Assembly: GCA_001784175.1 (NCBI GenBank)
Contig: MFPR01000006.1
Coordinates: 62,001-126,000, forward strand
Direction: 5' to 3'
Length of the DNA: 64,000 bases
DNA from: Candidatus Lindowbacteria bacterium RIFCSPLOWO2_12_FULL_62_27
GTDB taxonomy: Bacteria; Lindowbacteria; 2-12-FULL-62-27
In this document: positions 58,305 to 64,000 of the stretch, piece by piece
How the letters are laid out: the number at the start of each line of letters is the position of its first letter
How positions within the stretch are numbered: the stretch's first letter is position 1
Made by a program: the position numbers and the translations under genes
The notes under the pieces: generated by a model
The model's input: only the letters and a program-made list of their open reading frames with translations
Told to the model about the DNA's origin: nothing
The model's database searches: none

Positions 58305-58395
58305 AGTAAATCGTTTGGGTTGATTGACAATTACTAGGATTTGCCCTATATTCTACTTAATCGGTTTAGTAAATCAGTTTAGTGAACCGATTTAG
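58305..58395 (+). promoter_or_regulatory. lacI promoter region with several LacI-type operator-like sites
   Basis: TTGACA-17-TATTCT; repeated TAAATCGTTTG / TAATCGGTTTA / TAAATCAGTTTA / TGAACCGATTTA. Confidence 0.55.
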
Positions 58396-58456
58396 TTTGC
58401 CCGAATGTCCACAATAGATGCAAGACCGAGTACAAAAGGGTGAGGTACCCAAACAA

Positions 58457-59566
58457 ATGGCGAACGGCAACGGACCGAAGGCTGCGACGATTGAGATGGT
58501 GGCGGCGGAGGCAGGGGTTTCCAAGACGACGGTATCATTTGTGTTGAACAACAATCCGACCATCAGTTCCGCCACGCGCGAGCGCGTTCTGCAGGCGATC
58601 GCGAAGCTGGGGTATCACCCGAACGTACACGCGCGGAATTTGTCCTCGCAGAAATCCCGGACGGTCTGCGTACTGGTTCCGGAGATCGGGCGGATATTCG
58701 AGGACCCCTATTTTGCGCGCGCGATCGGCGGCGTGTACGACGAGATTGAAGCCGCGGAATACAACCTGATCCTCAAGAAGACATCCTTTCAGTTCGCCAG
58801 GGAAAAGGAATATCTGAATTTGTTCCGCCGCGCCGAGATCGGCGGGATGCTGTACATCGGCTCGACGCTGGACGACGACTACTTGAAGGATTTCGTGAGC
58901 ACCCACCACCCGTTTGTTCTGGTCAACAGTTACCTGCCTGAGATTCCCATTCCGTGCGTCATTGCGGACAACGTGAAGATGGGCTATTCGGCCACAAAGC
59001 ATCTCATCGATCTCGGTCATCAGCGGATCGGCCATGTCCGGGGCTCGACCAACACGGTCACGGCGATGGACCGGTGCGAGGGCTACAAGAAGGCGCTGGC
59101 GGAGGCCGGCATCGTGTTTGACGCGTCGCTGGTCGCGGACGGCCATTACAGCCGGAACGAGTCGGCGTCGGCCGCGCGGAAACTTCTGGAGCTGCCGGTC
59201 CGCCCGACGGCGATTTACGCGTGCAACGACATCATGGCCATGGGCGTGCAGGACGCGTTGAAGACCTCGGGCCTTCGCCGGATCAGCGACTGCGCGGTGG
59301 TGGGGTCGGACAACATCGAGATGTCGAGGTTCACGCACCCGCCGCTGACGACCGTGAACATGCCGATCTACGAAATCTCTCGTGCCGCCGTCCGTCTGCT
59401 GTTCGATCTCATGGAGGGAAAGCTGCCGAACGGCAGCGCGAAGCAGGTGATGGATACGTATCTCGTGGTGAGGGAATCGTGCGGCGCGAAGCATCAGCCG
59501 CGCCGCCGCGCCGACGGATGGACGCGCTCGTCGGACGCGTCCGTGGGGGGACGGACCAAGAAATGA
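58457..59566 (+). CDS. LacI-family regulator
   Basis: ATIEMVAAEAGVSKTTVSFVLN; PPLTTV; VVRESCG. Confidence 0.95.
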   Translation: MANGNGPKAATIEMVAAEAGVSKTTVSFVLNNNPTISSATRERVLQAIAKLGYHPNVHARNLSSQKSRTVCVLVPEIGRIFEDPYFARAIGGVYDEIEAAEYNLILKKTSFQFAREKEYLNLFRRAEIGGMLYIGSTLDDDYLKDFVSTHHPFVLVNSYLPEIPIPCVIADNVKMGYSATKHLIDLGHQRIGHVRGSTNTVTAMDRCEGYKKALAEAGIVFDASLVADGHYSRNESASAARKLLELPVRPTAIYACNDIMAMGVQDALKTSGLRRISDCAVVGSDNIEMSRFTHPPLTTVNMPIYEISRAAVRLLFDLMEGKLPNGSAKQVMDTYLVVRESCGAKHQPRRRADGWTRSSDASVGGRTKK

Positions 59567-62500
59567 GGGAAGGGAGAAAAATTCAGAAGAGACCGCGGGC
59601 GGGGTATGCCCTTCCAGTGCTGGCTCTCTTCTGTATTTTGCTGCCTGCCGCCTCCGCCCACGCATGGGTCCTGTCGGACTTGCAGATCCCCGACACCTGG
59701 GCCGGCCACGCCTACAACCCCTCGCCTTCCGACTGGCGGAAATTCGGCGTCTACCAGCTCATGACCGACCGTTTCTACGACGGCGATCCTTCCAACAACA
59801 ACACGCACAACATGTCGGTGTCCTTCAGCGAGCCTTCGAACGTCATCCCGACCGAAGGCCACCGCCGGACGATCGGCGGCGATTTCAAGGGCCTGACGGA
59901 CCATCTCGATTACATCAAATCCCTCGGATTCGACGTCATCTGGATTTCCGGCCCCCTCTTCGGCACCGAGGCCAACGGCTACGCGCCCACCACCTACAAC
60001 GCGCTGGACCCGAAACTCGGCACGGTCGCCGAGTTTCGCGCGCTGATCGACGCCGCCCACGCGCGGGGGATGTACGTCATCGTCGACTGCGTCGCCAACC
60101 ATTTCGCGAACTGGTTCATCGACCAAGGGTTCAACGGCGGCGGCTGGGGCACGCCTCAGTACAAGACGGGGACCGACAAGCGTTACGGCGCGACGTTCGG
60201 CGACGCGATCGGCACGAACGACTTTCACTACAACGGCAACATCTCGGATTGGAACGACGCCTTCCAGCTCGAGCACGGCGAACTGGTGGGACTGGACGAT
60301 CTGAAGACCGACGAAGCCTACGTGCGCAATTACGTCATCTCGAAATATTCGAACATGATCAAGGCCTTCGACATCGACGGATTCCGGGTGGACGCGATCA
60401 AGCACGTGAACATCTGGGACTGGGCGCAACTGGCGTCGGCCTGGCGCGCCGCCGCGAAGTCCGTCGGCAAAAACAATTTCTTCATGTTCGGCGAGGCCTT
60501 CAGCGGTGGCGACGGCGCCGTGGGCTATTACACCGGCAACAAGGGCGGCACCGGCACGAAGATCATGAACGGGATGATGGACTACGTCTTTTATTTGAGC
60601 GGCCAGCCCTGGAAACTTTTCACGGACCCGTGGGGTCTCAAGGGCTGGATCGCGAACATGAACAACGCGAACTACGACATGGGCCAGGGCGACGGCACGA
60701 CCTGGACGTTCGGCAACATGAACGTGCGGTTTGCGGACAACCACGACGTCGCGCGGTTTTTGTCCTCGGGCGACCAAGACCGGATGCTGTCGGTGGCGGG
60801 CCTGATGACGACGATCGAGGGCGTGGGAGGTCTGTATTACGGAAGCGAGCAGGCGTTCAACACAGGCGGCACGGACGGCCGGGGCGCCTACGCCGCGATG
60901 TTTGACCATCCGTTCCAGTGGGACAACGCGTCCGGCGACAATTTCAATCAGGCGTTCTGGCTCTACAAAAAGATCGCGCGGATGATGGCGGCGCGCCGAC
61001 GGATCGGCGACGGGCTGGGATTCGGCACGACGCTCATGGACCCGCAAAACGGAATTTTCGCCTACAAGCGCGGCTCCGACGCCTTCATCGCGATCAACGG
61101 CACGAACTTCCAGCAGTCGGCGACGTACAACCTCGGCGTGTCGGGCCGGTTCGTCAATCTGGTCGACAGCACCGTCGTGAACGGCCCGACCGTCACGATC
61201 ACGCTGCCGAAATACGAGGTCGGCATCTGGATCAAGGACGGCGACCCGGTGCTCGAGCCGATGGTGACGTCGATCACGCCGTCCCACGGGTCGTCCTATT
61301 CCGGAAGCACGATCACGATCACGTTCGATCAGGCCATGGACCCGGTGACGACCGCGGCGGCCGCGTCGGTGACCCCGAGCGCCGGCGGGACGTGGTCGGT
61401 GAGCGGCAACCAGCTCACGCTCTCGGGCGCGGCGTTTGCGGCGGGCGCGCAGTACACGGTGCGCATCGCGAACACGGCGCGCGCAGCGGGCGCCGGCGGC
61501 AAGGCGATGTTCGGCGGATTTCTCTCGCGGTTCAAGGGCAGTTACGCCTCGCCGGTTGTGAACGGCAACGTCGTGACGTTTAATTATTCGGGCGGCGGTT
61601 CCGCGAAGATCAAAGGATCGTGGCAGATCACGGGCGGCTCGAACGGCAACTACACCGCGGCCTACAGCTCGTCCTGGGTGGGCCCGTCGGAACCGATGGT
61701 GCAGAGCAACGGCCTGTGGACGGTCACGCTGACGCTGACGGCGAACACGACGTTTGAATACGGTTTTGAAATCGACGGCGCCTGGACGAACGACCCCGTC
61801 AACTCGAACCACGCCACCAGCGGCAACGACCGCTTCACCACCGGCAACTCGGTGGTGGCGAACGACAGCGTCCCGCCGGTATTCGGGGGCCTCGCGAGCG
61901 CGGCGGACGCGGTGACGAGCGGCAAGGTGAATCTGAGCTGGACCGCGGCGACGGACTCGTCCCTGCCGGTCAAATACAATATTTACTGGACCAACGACGC
62001 CGGCGTGTCCGCGGCGAAGACCTACGTCGACGCAACGCCGAACGCGACGACTCAGCAGACGACCTATCAGGTGACGGGCCTCGTGAACGGCGACACCTAC
62101 TGGTTCGTGGTGCGCGCCGAGGACGCGACGACCGGCAATGGCGGCCCGGGCGGCGGCAAGGAGGACACGAACCTGGTCGAGCGGCCGGCCCGGCCGACAG
62201 GCGTGTCGTCGCCGGTGGTGAACGGAGCCGTGGCGACGTTCAATTATGTCGGCGGCGCCGTGGCGAAGGTCAAGGGGAGCTGGAAGGTGACGGGCGGGTC
62301 GGCCGGCGTCTACACGGCGATCTACGACACGCAGTGGGACGGCGGGCTTGCGACGCCGATGGTGCTGAACGGCAGTGTATGGACGATCACGCTGACGCTG
62401 GATCCGAACAAAACCTTCGAATACGGATTCGACATCGACGGCGCCTGGACGAACGATCCGCTGAACGCCAATCACGCCGCCAACGGCAACGACCAGCTCA

Positions 62501-64000
62501 CGACCGCCCGGTCCGCCACCTCCGATTCGTCGGCGCCGGCGTTCGCGGGTCTTGCGAGCGCGACGGACGTCGCGTCGGGCGGGAAGGTCAATCTTTCGTG
62601 GACGGCGGCGACGGACTCGACGCCGCCCATTACGTACAACATATATTTCACCAACGACACTGGCGCGCAGGTCTCGAAATCGTACGTGGACAATACGCCC
62701 GACCTCACGACGGCCTCGACGAGCTATCAGGTCACGGGCCTCCGGAACGGCTGGACGTACTGGTTTACCGTGCGCGCTGAAGACGCGACGACGGGCAGTG
62801 TGGGCCCGCACGGCGGCCTGCAGGACACCAACCTCGTCGAGCGGTCCGCGACGCCGTCCGGAAACACGGCGCCGGTCGCGAACGCGCAGTCGGTGAGCAC
62901 GAACCAGAACACATCCAAAACGATCACGCTGACCGGTAGCGACGCCAACGGCGACCCGCTGACGTTCGCGATCGGTTCGGCCCCGGCGAACGGCGCTCTG
63001 GGCGCGGTAACGTCGGCGGGCGCGACGTCGGCGACCGTCGTCTACACGCCGAACGCCAACTTCAACGGCGCCGACAATTTCATCTTCACGGCAAGCGACG
63101 GCGTTCTGACGAGCGGCAGCGCGACCGTCTCGATCACCGTCAACGCCCCGCCGCAGGGCAAGCCCGCCATTTACATCGCGCACCACTGGCACATGCACCA
63201 GCCGATCTACTGGCCGGACGAAAACGTCGTCGCGACCGAGAACAACGGCCGGTACGGCTTCAGCGTCGTGTCCGTTCACAGCGACCGCACCGGCCCCTAC
63301 ACGACGTGGCCGGCGGACGCGGTCCAGAACGCGATGTGGAACGGCCTTGCGCACGGCGGCGCGTCGGTGAGTTTCACGGGGTCGCTGACCGAAAATCTGA
63401 ACACGCTGGAGGGTTCGGGCTGGGGATTCTACGGCTGGAAGAACCGCTGGCGCGAATCGCAGAACTGGACGACGTCTCTGGGCAACAAGCGTCTCGACAT
63501 CGTGATCTTCCCGTATTTCCACTCGATGCAGCCTCTGATTCCCGACAAGTGGGTGCGGTCGGGCATTCAGCGGTACAAGGGGATGTACGCGGGCACGTGG
63601 TCGACGGGGACGCTCTCCAAGGGCATGTTTCCCTCGGAAAATTCTCTGTCCCCGCACATGATCCCGGCCCTGGTCGACGAGGGCATCGAATGGGTGATGG
63701 TCGACAACGTCCATTTCGACCGCGCGACCCAGGGCTATCCGTGGAGTTCCAGCGGCAACCTCTACGAGCCGAATCCTTCCGACATCGTGAATCCGAATCC
63801 GAACGACTGGGTGCAGTTGACCAACATCTGGGCGCCGACGAAAATTTCCGGCCGGTGGGGACACCAGCCTCATTATGTGGAGTATGTGGACCCGACGACG
63901 GGCGTATCGAAGAAGATCATCGCGATTCCGACGGAACGCTACATGGGCAACGAGGACGGCCGCGGCGGTTACGGGGCTCTGCAGTACGAGTCGGTGATCT
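59563..64000 (+). CDS. Giant secreted multidomain amylase: GH13 - Ig-like - 2x(CBM-like+FN3) - Ig/cadherin-like - GH57/GH119-like (truncated by the window end)
   Basis: Not in the ORF track. ATG 59563 overlaps the lacI stop. Signal peptide; YQLMTDRFYDGD, GGDFKGL, DGFRVDAIKH, GEAF and DNHD motifs; from ~63160 IYIAHHWHMHQPIYWP...SFTGSLTENL. Confidence 0.9.
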   Translation, partial: MREGRKIQKRPRAGYALPVLALFCILLPAASAHAWVLSDLQIPDTWAGHAYNPSPSDWRKFGVYQLMTDRFYDGDPSNNNTHNMSVSFSEPSNVIPTEGHRRTIGGDFKGLTDHLDYIKSLGFDVIWISGPLFGTEANGYAPTTYNALDPKLGTVAEFRALIDAAHARGMYVIVDCVANHFANWFIDQGFNGGGWGTPQYKTGTDKRYGATFGDAIGTNDFHYNGNISDWNDAFQLEHGELVGLDDLKTDEAYVRNYVISKYSNMIKAFDIDGFRVDAIKHVNIWDWAQLASAWRAAAKSVGKNNFFMFGEAFSGGDGAVGYYTGNKGGTGTKIMNGMMDYVFYLSGQPWKLFTDPWGLKGWIANMNNANYDMGQGDGTTWTFGNMNVRFADNHDVARFLSSGDQDRMLSVAGLMTTIEGVGGLYYGSEQAFNTGGTDGRGAYAAMFDHPFQWDNASGDNFNQAFWLYKKIARMMAARRRIGDGLGFGTTLMDPQNGIFAYKRGSDAFIAINGTNFQQSATYNLGVSGRFVNLVDSTVVNGPTVTITLPKYEVGIWIKDGDPVLEPMVTSITPSHGSSYSGSTITITFDQAMDPVTTAAAASVTPSAGGTWSVSGNQLTLSGAAFAAGAQYTVRIANTARAAGAGGKAMFGGFLSRFKGSYASPVVNGNVVTFNYSGGGSAKIKGSWQITGGSNGNYTAAYSSSWVGPSEPMVQSNGLWTVTLTLTANTTFEYGFEIDGAWTNDPVNSNHATSGNDRFTTGNSVVANDSVPPVFGGLASAADAVTSGKVNLSWTAATDSSLPVKYNIYWTNDAGVSAAKTYVDATPNATTQQTTYQVTGLVNGDTYWFVVRAEDATTGNGGPGGGKEDTNLVERPARPTGVSSPVVNGAVATFNYVGGAVAKVKGSWKVTGGSAGVYTAIYDTQWDGGLATPMVLNGSVWTITLTLDPNKTFEYGFDIDGAWTNDPLNANHAANGNDQLTTARSATSDSSAPAFAGLASATDVASGGKVNLSWTAATDSTPPITYNIYFTNDTGAQVSKSYVDNTPDLTTASTSYQVTGLRNGWTYWFTVRAEDATTGSVGPHGGLQDTNLVERSATPSGNTAPVANAQSVSTNQNTSKTITLTGSDANGDPLTFAIGSAPANGALGAVTSAGATSATVVYTPNANFNGADNFIFTASDGVLTSGSATVSITVNAPPQGKPAIYIAHHWHMHQPIYWPDENVVATENNGRYGFSVVSVHSDRTGPYTTWPADAVQNAMWNGLAHGGASVSFTGSLTENLNTLEGSGWGFYGWKNRWRESQNWTTSLGNKRLDIVIFPYFHSMQPLIPDKWVRSGIQRYKGMYAGTWSTGTLSKGMFPSENSLSPHMIPALVDEGIEWVMVDNVHFDRATQGYPWSSSGNLYEPNPSDIVNPNPNDWVQLTNIWAPTKISGRWGHQPHYVEYVDPTTGVSKKIIAIPTERYMGNEDGRGGYGALQYESVI
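61549..62856 (+). repeat. Two tandem ~660-bp intragenic repeats (CBM-like + FN3 module)
   Basis: SPVVNG..VTFNY.GG...KGSW...FEYGF.IDGAWTNDP.N...YQVTGL.NG.TYWF.VRAEDATTG at 61549 and 62209. Confidence 0.88.

Noticed and set aside
59494-63873. 1459-aa minus-strand ORF
   Set aside because: Antisense shadow of the GC-rich amylase gene; Arg/Val-rich with no motifs.

Overview
GC-rich bacterial chromosomal window with lower-GC accessory patches. From left to right: (1) the right end of an element integrated at a tRNA-Gln(TTG) 3' remnant, carrying an AbiEi/AbiEii type IV TA pair and an ORF6N gene; (2) a VapBC-only mini-islet between two copies of that att sequence; (3) a Bd0055-like bacterial histone; (4) housekeeping and stress genes; (5) a TetR-pseudogene/TolC/RND operon; (6) an ~18.5 kb minus-strand run of PadR, membrane protein, PadR, a secreted four-lamin-tail-domain protein, a Wsp-like chemosensory cluster, a kinase/receiver relay and FapA; (7) HD-GYP signalling, HigBA, a low-GC secreted HExxH protein pair and glycosyltransferases; (8) LacI followed by a giant secreted GH13 + GH57-like amylase that runs off the window and is missing from the ORF track. 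The most striking signal is a REP-associated tyrosine (HUH/Y1, RAYT-type) transposase bounded by 33-bp terminal inverted repeats (TIRs). It has two miniature derivatives elsewhere in the window and a decayed second family of the same architecture. Short duplications of flanking DNA lie at or inside the ends of three of the four elements, and the elements sit at the borders of accessory gene cassettes. All calls come from reading the sequence and from motif recall; no database searches were run.
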